Shown here in pieces: positions 11,637-25,043 of a DNA stretch of 64,000 bases. Within the stretch, counting starts at the first letter, position 1, and every line of letters starts with the position of its first letter. This DNA comes from Massalongia carnosa (Eukaryota). A program made the position numbers and the translations under genes. The notes below the pieces were generated by a model that searched no databases, was not told the DNA's origin, and saw only the letters and a list, made by a program, of their open reading frames with translations. The DNA lies in contig OZ287070.1 in assembly GCA_965645245.1 (NCBI GenBank), positions 2,232,001 to 2,296,000 of the forward strand, written 5' to 3'.

Positions 11637-14320
11637 AGACTTTTGAGCAAAAGCAGAAACTGTCGTTGGGACCGCTTTGCGCGTCTATTTGGTTGACTGC
11701 ACAATACGCGACGTCGCGAAGTGGTAAGTTATCGTCGCTAAAGGTGGCGAATCGAAGTGTAAAGGAGACGTGTTTTGTGGTACTAAGTGGTAGTTGAAGG
11801 GTACTTTCGACAAGTCAATGGTTCAGGTTGTCTTGGAAGATGTAGCAGATCAACTGTTGAAAGTTAATTACTTGTCGATTAATAACGATCTGCGAAACAA
11901 AGTGGGAAGATGGTCCAGATAAAAGTAAGCTGGAGTTTGGAGGAAGGGGTTTTTGACGACAAGGGGTCGAACTGTCTATGGCGTGAAAACTTGCTGCCCA
12001 AATTATGACGCTAAGTTTTTGGATTGTTCGGGGTGACGAAGGGGGGTTGTACGGTGGGGCTTCTTGCTAAACGACGTTGTCAGGCTCGTCTGGTTCAGGA
12101 AAAATAAGCTAGTACTGTTAAGGAAAGGCGGGTGAGATTAGTTGAAGCCAACCTGCAAGCCACAAAAGCCACGGATACTACGGCTGAGTTGATTTGCTGC
12201 TGGCGAGCTTTTCTTGAACTTTGTGAAATAGGAGTGTAAAGAGGGGGGTCCGGGTCTCAATGGTTGTGTGGGGACGTCCCCGAGAGGACAAGGAAATTGT
12301 GAACGAGCTGAGTGATAAGTAATGAAGGAAATGGTCTCAACGTCAAGCAAAATAACCACATGTCAACAATGATTTGAGGAACCGCCTTTCAGCCATTCGG
12401 TCTTCTCTCGTCGCATGGCCTGATCAGCACCTTTCAAATCTTCAATAGTGCTTCCTGATTTCTAAAATCCTTCAGTACATGAGCAGTCAACAGCCATGCT
12501 CATAGCACCTTCCGTATCTTCATTGATTGCGAACGGGTGGCAAGTTCTATTTTGGTAGCAATCTCCATTCAGGGGAGTTTAACCCCGTACTATGTACACG
12601 TTACGTTTCAACCCCCCATGGGCCCATGAAGGCTCTCAGCATGGAGTTTGGTCCTGGCCTCCGCCCCAAAACCCAACCAGTTGGTCAGATTCCTCATGGG
12701 GTAGGATATTTCCTCTCTAGCTGTTGGAATACCAATCGATAATTCATGCTCTGACGTGATAGGCCAGTCACTTTGTCGTTCAAAGCAGTCATTGTCTGAG
12801 TAGCGCGCAGCTGCGAAATCAACCCAAGCCTCAAACTAAACCTATGTACATGAACTTAAGCGTCTCTAGGAGAAGCCCAAGGGCGTGAATCAGCGGTATG
12901 AGGATGACGGTGCGTATCAATGTGGAGACCGATGAACGCTAGAGCTTCCCAAGCCTGGTCAGGGACTCACGGCCACCTGCATTTGGTGGCGCTCGGTTAA
13001 GCGATCAACCCGGCTAGAAGACCTCCGAAATGATGTCATCATGCATCACAGGTTCAAAGAACAAGCTGTAGGGGTTTGCGCCATAGAGACGGGAACAAGG
13101 CGCTACGGCAGGTAAATGGAGCTTCCACTGTCGTCATTGTTGTATTGTTGATGAAATGTTCTTTACAATACATGTCAGGAAACCCCGCTCTAGGGAGTTT
13201 GCTCATTAGTCGAAATGTAACCAACTGACTGGTCACCAAACATCACCAATAGAAATACTGCCCTCTCTTTGATTGAATATAGACAAAAGGCACCGGCAAG
13301 AAGCCACAAATGAAAAAGTCCATGATGGCTTATCTGGTGTTCTAGAAAATGCTGGATCGTCAGGCGTTAACTCGCTGTGGTCGGGGGAGTGGCGATATGT
13401 ACTCCGTAAATGAAGACAGATTTTTTGCCTCACGTACAGCCTCTAGATAATGGTCTGTGGTCATGACTATCCCCATGTACCAAGCTAAGCTCCTGAGTAT
13501 CTCCCTCCTTTGATGACCACTACAGAGCCATTTCCATCTTAGACCCAGCCAAAAAGCATAAATCTCTCGGTTTGATGAGCTTGCCGAACCTTTGAAGCCG
13601 AGCACGTCGATTAACAAAACGTGGCACGCCGCCCAACCATGCCCATGAATTCCAAAGTACTATGTAGTAGGTACGTGAAACGAGGTTCAGAAGAGCAAAT
13701 AGAGTGGGGGATCCGGCGTTCGGATCTCGCCGAGACAGCCGGTAGTGCATTCTACGTTTCTTTCGCAGCGTTTGATTGGAAAGGTTGTGGTGGCTGGGTG
13801 AGTAACGGTTGATGAGACGGCAATGCAATCCCATCTACTGCTGTTTGGATGCAAAAAGACGAACGAGATACTCTGTGATTTCAAAGAATACCAATGCTAT
13901 ACGAATCCTTTACTTAACCATTTGCATCTGACTCGATGGGTATGCTTGTTGGGCGTCGCAGTTGCAGATCGTACGGTAGAGTCAGGCATCACCACGGCGC
14001 CTGGTCCCTCATGACCCAAGCTCAGGTCCGCACGGTTCATCCTCGATGCAGCCAAAGCACGTGCTGCTGCTTAGGGCTTTCCCATGTTAGGTAATCTACA
14101 TAAGCCAGGGAAAAGTGCCGTCTAGGTGGTGAAGCAGCAGGCTATTTACAGCTCCGAAACGAGGCTGTGTGGTCTATGCACTATCTATCTATTCAAGATC
14201 CTTGATGCTGCGGAAGTATGGTGTGAAGGTACTACTTTGTTTAAGTTGATATAGAGGAACGTCCTGCCTCGGAAACGCCCCTCGAAAACACCAATCCTAG
14301 ACAACAAGTTCATGGAGTAA

Positions 14321-15757
14321 TCAGTGGAACCGATCTAATCTTGCCCTATTCATCGCAATTTGATCATCCACATTCGTGCTCTGAAGGGGGCGTTAGCGAT
14401 GAACTCGTAGAAATGGACGTGCATCTGGTGAACTTGCAGCAGCACCGACATGACATACCTTGTTGTTGATTCGTTCCAAATGGCGGTTTTGTTCGTCAAG
14501 CTCCTTTCCCGTTGCCTTAGCGAGCCCGTTCAGCCTCGTTGCCGCCCCATGTAACGCGTCGATATTCGAGTCGATTTCGTTTTCCATTTGATCGTCCTCC
14601 TCGTCCGCCTCGAACTGGTATTTCGCCCGTTCGGCCAAGGTTGACTTCTGCATCTTGGCGGCGTCGGCAGGATCGTTCGATTGTAGGTCTTTAAACGTCT
14701 TTTGAAGGCGCTGGTCGCTATCGTATCCTTCGCGGCGTGTGGCCTCGCGCATCGCGCGCTCAGTACGATGTTTCTCCATAATGTCATCGTCACGTTTCTG
14801 GCGACGTGAAGCTCCGGTGAAGGGATTGGAGACGTGAACCGCAAACATGCTCTTGTTGAGAGTCTTCAGCTCCCGCGCTCTTTCTGCGGCCACCCGATTG
14901 TGATTGGCCGTGAGGTCAAGATTCTTCTCGGTATTGTGTATCCGCTCGCCTTGAGCTCCAATCCGTGCCAGTGTGTTTCTACCAGTCTCTTCAGCCTGCG
15001 CTGCCATTCGAAGCGCATTTCGGGTCGAGGACACATCCTCTTGCTTCATGAAGCGAATCTCTTGTTTTGTCGCTTCAACATCCTCTTCTTCCTCTTCTTC
15101 TGCGGTCAATTGACGGTCCCCATAAGCTTCATATCCTTGGTTTCGTTCTCCACCATATGTTCCTGACTGACCACCTTGCCCATAGTCTGCACCATATGGT
15201 GGAGGTTGTCCCAAGCCGCTAGGGTTCTGTGGCTTTTTCTGAAGGCGCTCTCTGACTCCTCCAAAGAGAGCATCCCGATTATCGTCTGTAGCACCAGTAT
15301 CTTGGCTGTCTGCTCCACCAAGACCACCATATCCACCAGGGCCGTATTTGGAACCTCCATTGGTGAATTGAGACCCTCCCGCTTTAGTACCATACCGGTC
15401 GGCACCATAGCCACCTTGTGCTCCATATTTTTCTGATCCGTAAGCTCCACAAGCAGCGCTGTTGCTCGAAGTACCATTATCGACTCCCCCGTAACGATTA
15501 TCGCCTCCATACCCAGCCTGACGACCGGGAGGACGGCCTTGGCTATATTGACTATTTGCTGGACTTGGCTCACGTACAACTCCTCCAACACCTGCGTTCA
15601 ACTTGGCACTATTATAGGGGTCAGATGTCGAAGGTGGTTGAGCGTACGGATTGGTTGAGGCATTGGGAGATTTGTTCTTTGAGCGAGAGCCGAACAAAGC
15701 TGATCGATTTGAGTCATCATCGTCGTCACCTTTCTTACTAAACCCAAATTTCCCCAT
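14321..15757 (-). CDS. SEC9: Plasma-membrane t-SNARE Sec9 (SNAP-25 family), 2 exons
   Basis: G/Y-rich N-terminus; two SNARE motifs (KQEDVSSTRNALRMAAQAEETGR...; ENEIDSNIDALHGAATRLNGLAKATGKELDEQN); last exon STNVDDQIAMNRARLDRFH*. Confidence 0.95.
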
Positions 15758-16273
15758 GCTTGAGAATTAGTTTAAGGATTAAGCAAGAGTTAAAACTAAA
15801 CCGAGTTCAAGGAAGTTTTGTGCATGGACTTCATGGGATGTTGAAGTTGAAGCAGAAGCGGCCTGATCTATTTTCGACTATGTAAAGCGCGCGTTCCCTG
15901 TGGCTGAATTTATGGATTCGGCGGCAAAATCTTTACTAACTTCCACTATTCATGCGCCACCTTAAAGGCTCAGGCATAGGTATGTAGGTACCTCTACTCC
16001 GTACAGAACAGTCATCGATTCATATAACAATAAACGATTGCACAGCTTCTCATCCATGTGAGGATTCACATAGCTAACAACTTACATGTTCAGCTATTCT
16101 TTCAGCCCTATCTTTTAGCTGGGTGGACAACTGACTAAGAAGCTCATCAGATGGCTACCTAGTTACCCACTGATGCAGACATGCAGCTGGATGGGGAGCA
16201 GAAGGTTCTTGTATTCGTAGCCTTCGTCTTCAAGACTCTGGATTGAATGTAGGAGCGCTTCAGATACTTCTTC

Positions 16274-17105
16274 TTATTTGGCTTGGGCCATTCTGGTTTT
16301 GTAATCACGAGGACTTTCGAAATCCACCTTCTTCCCGCTCCATAGTCCTTTTCGCTTCTGTTTCGCCCATTGTTCCGCCTTTCTGTATTTGGCTTCAAGT
16401 TCCCCAAACTCTGCGCCGCTTTTGGCCTCGTATACGGTTGCTAGCCCCATCCGTAGCATCTCCAAACCTACATCTCTTCTCCATAACCACCTCCAGACAT
16501 ACACTGTGGCCACTGCCCTATCGTAATGATCGCGCTTATAGATGTAGGCTCGTATTCGGCGATGTAGAAGATATGATGTAAGCCAATCAAGGGCTTCTTG
16601 CGAGAAAGGTTGAGAAGGGCGGCCAAAGTGAGCCAATTCCGGAGCATCGATGCCTGCCAGACGAATGTGAATCTACGAGACGGTTAGACGATGCTGATAG
16701 GCTTCAACCGGAACTTTTGCAGCGTACTGTTTTATCTTTCAGATCCTCCCTCTTGTTTGGAACCCTTCTCCCAGGCATCCATCCCCATCCCGCTAGCCGT
16801 CCGCCAGGTGTATGAAATAATCTGAAGTTGTCTCCATCACCAACGCTTGTAACTCGGCCCAGCAAACTCCTTCGTCGCCAGAAGGCAGGCTGTATGTTCG
16901 CCGCTTGTGGAATGCGACGTAGGTAAGACCGGTAAAAGCGCGCCCAGAGTAGAATGCTTCCTGTGAGGATAACGGTTGGTATGATCGTGCGAGGATCAGT
17001 ATAGTGCTCCCAGTCAGTTGCGTTAAGTGAGTCCGTCCAGCTTACAGACCGCGCCTTGTCTTTCTGATCTTTCGAATTTGTGGTCGACCAAGGCGGCCAT
17101 CGCAT
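16274..17105 (-). CDS. LCL3: Probable endonuclease LCL3 (staphylococcal nuclease-like), 2 exons
   Basis: [68 protein letters not shown]. Confidence 0.93.
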
Positions 17106-17264
17106 AGCTAGTTGAAGAAAGTCTCAGTGTAACTCTCTACACGTATACGGATGAGAGAAAACGCGCTTCGCGAGACCTCTGGCACACCACCCCGCTATGT
17201 GCTTGCCAACAACCTTCCCGGAAAAGCGACGAAGGGGACGTTTGGCACCGCTGTAAATAACATC

Positions 17265-18934
17265 ATGAACTGCCAAAATTGTCGATTGCCCCTTAAACTT
17301 AACAACTCTCTTCAGAATCTAAATCCAGCGGCTTATGATTTGCTAGTAGGTCCGTGAATGATACTGCCTAGCCAAATCCTTTACTGATATATAGTTTAGG
17401 CTCTACAGGCCATTCCCATGGGTCAAACACCTCTACAACGCGAGTTCCTTTTCCTCAGGAAAGAAAAGATCTCTACAATCGTGTCTCCCAAGATGCGGGG
17501 TCTCCTGTGTTCAAGAGGGTTATCCATCCTCCAGCCCACCCGGGTTTTGGGACTCAATCGGCGATGGCAGCATCAACAAAAGCCGGATTGAAGGATAACC
17601 CTGCAATGTCCTTTGTGATGCTTACCGACTCTCAAGTCGTCCCTCCCCCGCCGGTCTCAAATGGTCCGGAGAATCTCCAGTCTGAGTCAAAATCAAGCAA
17701 AGCAAACACCGCCTCCTCCGACTCTTCGGATGAATCCAAGCAAACCCTCTCTCATCAAATCGAATCCACCACCCGTCTCTTCGAGATCCTCTCTTCGCGA
17801 TCAGATATCGACCACCCGATCTGCACCGAATGCACCGAACTCCTACTCTCTTCCCTCCAAGCTCGTCTCACTGCCTCAACCAAAGAACGAGACGCCTACA
17901 TCGCCTTCCTCAAAAACCTTAACAGCACTCTCCCCACACCCTCCGACGTCGCTAAAGCCCAAACATCCCTCGCCACCACACGCGCAGCCGAAGCCAGTGC
18001 CATGTCCGAGCTCCTAGCCCTCGAGCGAGAAAAGGCCTCCCTAGACGCCGAACTCGCGGAGTTGGAAGCTGACTCGCTCTCTCTCGATGCCGAAGAGCAA
18101 GCCTTCTGGCGCTCCCGCAACGCCTTCGCCCTCACCCTCTCCGCTTTCCAGAACGACCGCGACGCTCTTAACGCCGCCTACGATCACGACGCCCGCCAGC
18201 TCGAGCGTCTGCAGCGCACCAACGTCTACAACGATACTTTCTGCATTGGGCACGACGGCTTCTTCGGCACTATCAACGGCCTGCGCCTGGGCCGCCTGGC
18301 GCCGCCTCAGAACGTCGACTGGGCCGAGATTAATGCCGCGTGGGGAACCGCCTGCCTGCTGCTCGCCACCGTGGCCGAGAAGCTGGGCTTCGTCTTCCGT
18401 GGCTACAGGCTGAAGCCCATGGGCAGCACCTCGAAAATCGACAAGATCGAGCAACCCGTCCAAGCATCATCCACATCATCACCCTTGTCCAAAACAACCC
18501 CCTCGTCCGCCCCCCACCCCAAAATCACCTCCCTCGACCTCTTCTCCTCCGGTGACCTGCCCCTCGGCCGCATGCTGCTCCACCGCCGCATCGACGCCGG
18601 CATGGTCGCCTTCCTGGAATGTGTGCACCAACTCGGCGAATTTGTCGAAACCGGCGCTCTCTCTTCACCGCAAAACCACCTGCACCGCCATAGTAGTGTG
18701 GGTACGAACGAAGGGGGGGGGGGAGTAGTGGTAACGGAACGGGGCATCAAGCTACCGTACGAGATCCACAAGGACCGGATCGGCGATGCGAGCATTCGGC
18801 TTGGCGTCAGCCAGGACGAGGCCTGGACGCGCGCGTGCAAGTATGCGCTTACGTGCTGCAAGTTTTTGCTGGCACATGCAAGTAATGTTGGGGGAGCAGC
18901 AGGGGGAAGGCGGGGGGGAGGTGATTTGGGATGA
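17265..18934 (+). CDS. ATG6: Autophagy protein Atg6/Vps30 (beclin 1), 2 exons
   Basis: MNCQNCRLPL start; SDIDHPICTEC; coiled coil; TNVYNDTFCIGHDGFFGTINGLRLGRL; WAEINAAWG; WTRACKYALTCCKFLLAH. Confidence 0.96.
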
Positions 18935-19227
18935 GGGAAGGCTAGTGGGCTAGAATTTCTGAGCCGTATAGAATCAAACAACATAACTAATCATGAACAA
19001 CTCTGTGACTATAATTTTATCCATAAGCAACCCCTTTTGCAAATTACATTCAAACAACAAGCATCAGCCGAAAAAGATGAAGCCCCCGCAACCGTTGACT
19101 AACAGAATCTCCTATTCCACAACGAAACCCTAACCCCGCCACCCTCTTCCCATATGCAAAAAAACGCCCAATCCCCTTCCCTTCCCTTCTAAGCCACCCT
19201 CCTTTCCTCAAGAACTCCCTCGAGGTA

Positions 19228-22200
19228 TCACAGCACAATCCCCAACTCATGCCTTCCCAGCCTCTCCTCGTCCAGCGTCGGAAAATAAGGGACCATGGCA
19301 TCCGCCCCCTGCACGTAGGCATTATTGTAGCACTTCCAATATGGCACGCGCACTTTCCGCGCCGGGTGGAACAGGCCGGCCCAGACGTAATTCATGACCA
19401 GGCCCGTCCCGACAGCCATGCGGATGGCGTCGATGGCCTCGATCATGCGGTCGATGACGTGCGGGGAGGTTTCGAACAGGTTTGGGTACAGCAGGTTGAG
19501 CAGGTGCAGCATGGCGTCCTCGCAGCCAAGGCCGACGACGCCGAGCGCGACGTGCTTGACGACCGAGGCGGCCGTTTGGCGATGCACCTGATCGCGGTCG
19601 ATAAGGGCGTCCTCGAGCAGCGGCGTCACTGCATAGACGTAGTCCTTGGCCATTTCGCCAATGTACTCGAAGAGGAAGGAGAGGGATTTGAGCACGCCGT
19701 TCTGCACGTTCAGCTCCGGAACGCGGTACTCGTTCATGAGAGCTGGCAGCACGGTGAAGGGCGCGCATGTCTCGGCCACAATCCCGATGGCCACGGCGGT
19801 GCAGACGCGGGATTGTCGCTCCTGCACGCGGAGGTTATTGAGTAGAGTAGCGAGCACATCCTGGGGTCCAATGGCCTTGGCGATGAAGCCGAATGTGTTG
19901 TTGGCTGCGCGGCGGATGCCTTTCTTGTGTGCTTTGAGCATGTCGAGGAGCTCGAAGCAGATGCGCATCCATTCACGCGCATTGACGCTTTCAGGACCTC
20001 GGTCGGCGATACGTCCGACCAAGTCAATGGTGTTTTCTTGGACTTTTTCGTGCCGGTTGCGAAGGATGGGCGTCAGGCGGGGGAGGAGATCTTTGATGGG
20101 AGGTTGCATGGAGTTGATGCCGACGACAGTGACAATGGAACGCAGGGCGCCGAGGATTGAGCCCAGCACTTCGGGGTACTCTTCTCCAAGGTACTCATAG
20201 AGTACTATACCAAGCTTGCCCATCAGAGCATCCTCGCCGCATTGCTTCATGACCATTGCAATGCGCGAGATAAGATCAGCTGCCTGTTGCCGTACGGTGG
20301 CGGACTTATTATTCAAACGCCAGAGGATTGTGCTGACGATTTGTGGGAGGTATGGTTTGCATCGGGTCCCCAGCGCATTGACGACCGTGCCAAAGCCATT
20401 CAACATGACAATATCTTCGACGCTTTGTTCTTGAAAAGAATGAAGTACGCCATCGATCAGTCGCTCTTCCAGGCGCTCCCCAATATCTGCTGCACCTAGA
20501 CTTGCGATGACCTTTTCAACGGTCTCCAAGGTCATCTTACGGTACGCTTCGCTCTCGTCCTTGAGATTGTTGACGATTCTTTCCACAATCTCACTCACAC
20601 CAACGTTTTGACCCAAATCCACGGTAGTTTCCACCACCTGTCGATAGTTCCTCTTGTCCAAAGCCATTCTTCGAACCCAAAAACTTTTGAAAAACTCGCT
20701 GAGCACATGATCCTTTAGATATCCAGCGGTGACCCCATCAGTGCCAGCGCATTGGGAAACCACCTTAAGCACAACCTTCTTCATTTCTTCGTCGGGTGAA
20801 GAAAATTCTCGCAGCAAGATTTCCATGATCTGGCTTGTGTAATAGTTGGCATATTCTTCGTCCATAAGAGGTATGATGTATCCAACGGCCTTGAGGAAAC
20901 CTGCTAATCCTTTCCCTCGCTGCTTCCGGGCACCAGTCCACAGCGGATTTAAGATCTCGTCGAAACTCTCGATACCGTAGGGATTTGCTGCTTCTGCGAG
21001 CGCTGCAATTGCAAGACTTGTCACGGTGCGAACTTTTGCCTGCTCATCGCTAAGATTATCCCCAATGCAGTCTACCAGACCCTTGAGATGAGGAAGGATA
21101 GCACAACCCATGAGAATAGGGATCTGCTGGACGATTTTAACGCCCGTGTGACGAGCCTGCCACGACTTCTTGCTTCGGCACACAGCACGAAGAAACGGTA
21201 GCAGAGCTGGAATTCCTAGCGCAGAAGCAACAACAGCAAACGCTCGTGCAGTTGTATTTCGCACATACTCATCAACGTGATCAATATCAGGTCTCATTGT
21301 ACTGATCATATGGGCCAACCCTGCCGCTTTGCTAAGATTTGAGATGATTTCACGACCCTCGACTCGAGCATAGTAATCTTGATCGATGAGTAGAGGTTCA
21401 ATGACAACTAGGATTTTGTGGACGAAGGGACGCACGAGGTCATCGAGCTTATACAAAACACGGTCGATGACCTTGACGAGCAAATGCCGCTCCTGATCTT
21501 CCAACGTCTTCTCCATCAGTAAGGGAAGGATTTGATTAAACAGAGGGCCTGCGCCGAATTGGCGTGCGTTATCTGTGAGTTGACGTAGTGCAGTCTTTCT
21601 CATGGGTGGGGTTCCGTTCTTAACTTTGAGTAAAAGTCGCATAATCTTCCTCTCCTTAAGCTCTTCCACCGACATGGCGTTTTCGTCTCCGCCATCTACT
21701 AGCTTACCAAAGTATGCCATGTCCTCGGCTTTGAAGAACTGGAGATCACCTACTCCGGGTATCTCGGTAGGAAGTTGTTTTCCCATTGCTCGAGCATTCT
21801 CTGGTTCCTGCATCATGAATCCTCCAAATCCCGTTGTGCTAGCTATCGGAGCAGGGGTGCTCATCAGTTTACGAGCAGGAGTCCGGATTGGTGCGTATCC
21901 TGGGGGGGGATCAAGTATCTTGTATCCCTCACTTGGTAGCATTAGATCTAGCTCCTCATCCGACAGAGGAGCGTTCCGAGACGATATATCTGTGCCGAAG
22001 GTAGTAGGAATCATAGCGCTCATCGACTGCGAAGGATGCATCGGTGTGGACAGACCCTGTTGGCCAATTGGAGTAGCACCTTCAAGAGACGGAGCCTGAT
22101 CCCATCGCGAGCGCCTTGGCGTTGCATCCACGGAGGATCCTCCAGGTAAGGGTGTTTGATCCCAGCGAGATCTTTTGCTCTTGGAGTCTAACGACTGCGA

Positions 22201-22974
22201 ATCTTCCGGAGCGGGCGTGCTCTCTACAGAGACATCCCATCGCTGCTTTCGCTTCCGCCCCGACGCCACCACAACGGTGGAACCAGCATCTTTGTTTTCT
22301 TTATCACTTGTGTCTTCTTGCTTGAGTGTGGCCTTATGCTCCACGAGAACATCTTCTTCCTTTGCTTGCTTTTCTGCTATGAGCCTCTTCACCCGTTCCT
22401 CTTCCTTTTCGAGCTCCCTCGCCGCCATGATCTCGCGATAACTCTGACCTTCATCTTCCACGCCGGCTTGTCGGTTTGCAGCGAAAGGGTCTGCCCGGGT
22501 CGGGGTGAGTGGGCCGCGGTTCAAACGACGCTTTTGGTAGTCAGTTTCGCGATCAGCGATTCTGGCTTGTTTCTCACGCCCTAGCAGGATATCTTCTTCC
22601 TCCACTCCCGCTCCAGTTGCAAATTCATTCATCTGTTCCTTGGTGGCCGTATATTGGCCCACAAGGCGTCTGCTAGTATCTTCTGCATCTGGCATATCCT
22701 CATCATCCCCATCCACGGCTATCGACGTGTTATAGCCCGCGAACCTATCCCCACCATTGCGTTCGTAAAGCTCCGTATCGAAGCTTTCAGTCAGGGAAGC
22801 CTTGGTCGATACGTCAGTGCGCTGGTTGGAAGGGTCGAAAGTCTTTGAACCTTTCTTTCCAGCTGCAGCTACATTACGCTCGGCTTGGAGGCGCCTGATG
22901 GTATCGAAATCGGCTAGGATCTGTGTTAACTGTGTTAAGCGCCCGAGATCATGGGAAAACTTACCGTCAGACAT
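19228..22974 (-). CDS. SF3B1: U2 snRNP splicing factor 3B subunit 1 (Hsh155/Prp10)
   Basis: RWD(Q/V) ULM repeats; [32 protein letters not shown] repeats. Likely ATG at 22974, 10-nt exon 1, then a 51-nt intron (22964-22914). Confidence 0.97.
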   Translation of the reverse strand: MSDGKFSHDLGRLTQLTQILADFDTIRRLQAERNVAAAGKKGSKTFDPSNQRTDVSTKASLTESFDTELYERNGGDRFAGYNTSIAVDGDDEDMPDAEDTSRRLVGQYTATKEQMNEFATGAGVEEEDILLGREKQARIADRETDYQKRRLNRGPLTPTRADPFAANRQAGVEDEGQSYREIMAARELEKEEERVKRLIAEKQAKEEDVLVEHKATLKQEDTSDKENKDAGSTVVVASGRKRKQRWDVSVESTPAPEDSQSLDSKSKRSRWDQTPLPGGSSVDATPRRSRWDQAPSLEGATPIGQQGLSTPMHPSQSMSAMIPTTFGTDISSRNAPLSDEELDLMLPSEGYKILDPPPGYAPIRTPARKLMSTPAPIASTTGFGGFMMQEPENARAMGKQLPTEIPGVGDLQFFKAEDMAYFGKLVDGGDENAMSVEELKERKIMRLLLKVKNGTPPMRKTALRQLTDNARQFGAGPLFNQILPLLMEKTLEDQERHLLVKVIDRVLYKLDDLVRPFVHKILVVIEPLLIDQDYYARVEGREIISNLSKAAGLAHMISTMRPDIDHVDEYVRNTTARAFAVVASALGIPALLPFLRAVCRSKKSWQARHTGVKIVQQIPILMGCAILPHLKGLVDCIGDNLSDEQAKVRTVTSLAIAALAEAANPYGIESFDEILNPLWTGARKQRGKGLAGFLKAVGYIIPLMDEEYANYYTSQIMEILLREFSSPDEEMKKVVLKVVSQCAGTDGVTAGYLKDHVLSEFFKSFWVRRMALDKRNYRQVVETTVDLGQNVGVSEIVERIVNNLKDESEAYRKMTLETVEKVIASLGAADIGERLEERLIDGVLHSFQEQSVEDIVMLNGFGTVVNALGTRCKPYLPQIVSTILWRLNNKSATVRQQAADLISRIAMVMKQCGEDALMGKLGIVLYEYLGEEYPEVLGSILGALRSIVTVVGINSMQPPIKDLLPRLTPILRNRHEKVQENTIDLVGRIADRGPESVNAREWMRICFELLDMLKAHKKGIRRAANNTFGFIAKAIGPQDVLATLLNNLRVQERQSRVCTAVAIGIVAETCAPFTVLPALMNEYRVPELNVQNGVLKSLSFLFEYIGEMAKDYVYAVTPLLEDALIDRDQVHRQTAASVVKHVALGVVGLGCEDAMLHLLNLLYPNLFETSPHVIDRMIEAIDAIRMAVGTGLVMNYVWAGLFHPARKVRVPYWKCYNNAYVQGADAMVPYFPTLDEERLGRHELGIVL

Positions 22975-23615
22975 CTTGGGAGGAGGATAGGTCGCAGCTC
23001 TTGATGATCCGATGAGGCCTGGCTGATGGTGGGTCTGAGTGGTGTTGCCTTCAGATTTGCGATGCGGCAAAGTCAATGATGCACTAGTCTTATCTGGGAA
23101 TATGTCGGTAAAGGGGCATGAGGGCTAACCAAACAAAGCCTAAGTAGTCAACAATGTTATGCCCACCCGGCATCTACTCACTCACGTGCCAGTTGCTGCT
23201 GTAAAAAAAATGATTGAATGAATGTTTTCATCTTGTAGTCATGATCTATTGATTTCATACTTTGCATTTCAAGAAGAGAAGATTTGTTTTCGCAAAATCT
23301 TAATCAATGGCCCTAATCCTAGCCCTAACAGGATATCAGGACCATGAAATATCCATCAGGTTTGCTTTTTGGTCCCGTACCCGATAATGCGCATACGGCA
23401 TTGATTATCAGCATATCTGTCTCATACATATAGGTTGGGTAATAAGAATGACGGGTATCAAGCAAACCCCATCTTGTGTACTGAAATCCTCAGACTGTTC
23501 ATAAGCATAATCCAATAATGAACCGGCTCCAAATCCATACTTGTATCCCAGCGTGCCAAATGATTTTCTTCGTTTTCTTCTTTCAGCCGTTTTCTCCCAG
23601 CCTTCTTCCTCCGCT

Positions 23616-24391
23616 ATGCGCAGCCTCCTTCTCTTCCTTCTCCTCCTCCTCCTCTCCTCTAAATTCATCGCCCCTCTCCCACTTTTAAATCACCCGGACT
23701 CCACCCTCAATTACTATTCCTCAACCGTCACTGACAACGATTGCCCATCAATCTTGAATCTCAGACTGCGTGCGCGCCAACCCTGCTTCGATGCGTCAAT
23801 TTCCACGAGTGAGCTCCTACCGAGCCATAGCCTCTATGAATCCAGCTCCGTCATCAACCCTGACTCGAACATCTTGAACGCGGGTCCAGTCAAAGTTGAG
23901 GATCCCTCCACTACCGCCCAAGCCGCTGGCTCGAGTATCATCCCTGGGAGCGGTTCCGTCCCAGTTTTTCCTCCATTCGGCACGCTCAAATTAGCGGATT
24001 CTGGCACCGAGGAAGCGTTTTGCGCGACGAACACATATGACGTCTGCTGCACTGGGTCGGTAGGACCAAGCCTTTTGGGGCTGTATTATAGCGTGGGAGG
24101 GTGTAACAAATGTGTGTCTTCGCATTGTTCTTCTCCCTTCTCCCATTGTTCAGGGCAAAGGATGATAACGAGAGTATAGATGACTCCAGGTCGTCTTCAT
24201 GTTTATATTCCGGGAAGGAATTTGTAAATCCGGAGAAAGTATTTTGTTGTAATAATGTTAAGGTAAACCCTTTGGCCCCCCGGCTTCTCGTTCACCCGAT
24301 TTATGAGCTGAAGATCGTTGTGGACGGGACCTGACGATTTATGTAGAAAGACAACATAGGCTACGGATGCTGGCGACCGCTTTATAACTAG
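23616..24391 (+). CDS. Secreted 8-Cys hydrophobin-like protein with long N-terminal extension (~207 aa, 3 exons)
   Basis: Signal peptide MRSLLLFLLLLLLSS; exons 23616-24111, 24180-24262, 24347-24391 give C-X7-CC-X17-C-X9-C-X14-CC-X11-C. Confidence 0.72.
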
Positions 24392-25043
24392 AAGAAAGGG
24401 GGTTGGATAGATGCGTTTGAGCTAATGAAAAAACAACGACAAAAGGTGACCTGATAGTATGAAGCCGAAGCACTTTGATCATAAGAATCATTATACAAAC
24501 AAGACCCATATTCATGCATGTTGAAAGGTGTTCTTATGTTGCGAGTTTCAGGTCTGCAGCGCCAGGCCAAAGATGTTTGTATTTACTTCCAGATGGGTGG
24601 CTGAATTTGCGATGTGCAGGTAGTTATGGTGGGAGCGAACAAGGTGAGTCGAGTGGATGCCTTCGACATATCCAGACATCCAGACACTGGACGCAGTCAT
24701 CCGTACCTATCATTCTCCTCATAACGCGGGTGTGACAGTGCCGAGTGACGATAACTTGGTAACCTTTTGTACTTAGTTGTGTGAAGTAGCCATCAACCAT
24801 TCGGTTTCGAGTAAACATCAATCCTCGTTGCCTGTCCCTCTCTGGCCGGGGCCCCCAACCCCTTCCGCAAATCCCGTCATCTGTCTCTCAACTTGATACT
24901 TTACGCTACCTTCAGCGACAGACATGCAATCTACATCCCACCCCGTGGGTGCTCGATGGGTAGGGCTTGGGTATTAATATTCAGCGAGTGCCATTTTCAC
25001 CCTTTCATCCCTTTCCGCCAAATTACTTAACTACATTCTCACA

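Noticed and set aside
19249..20200. Long + strand ORFs antisense to SF3B1 (also 32729-33475 and the + ORFs over 51012-56491)
   Set aside because: Shadow ORFs caused by GC3-rich or repetitive coding sequence on the opposite strand.
22975..23076. N-terminal extension of SF3B1 in the ORF track
   Set aside because: Starts at a non-ATG codon; the ATG at 22974 with a canonical intron gives a plausible MSDADF start.
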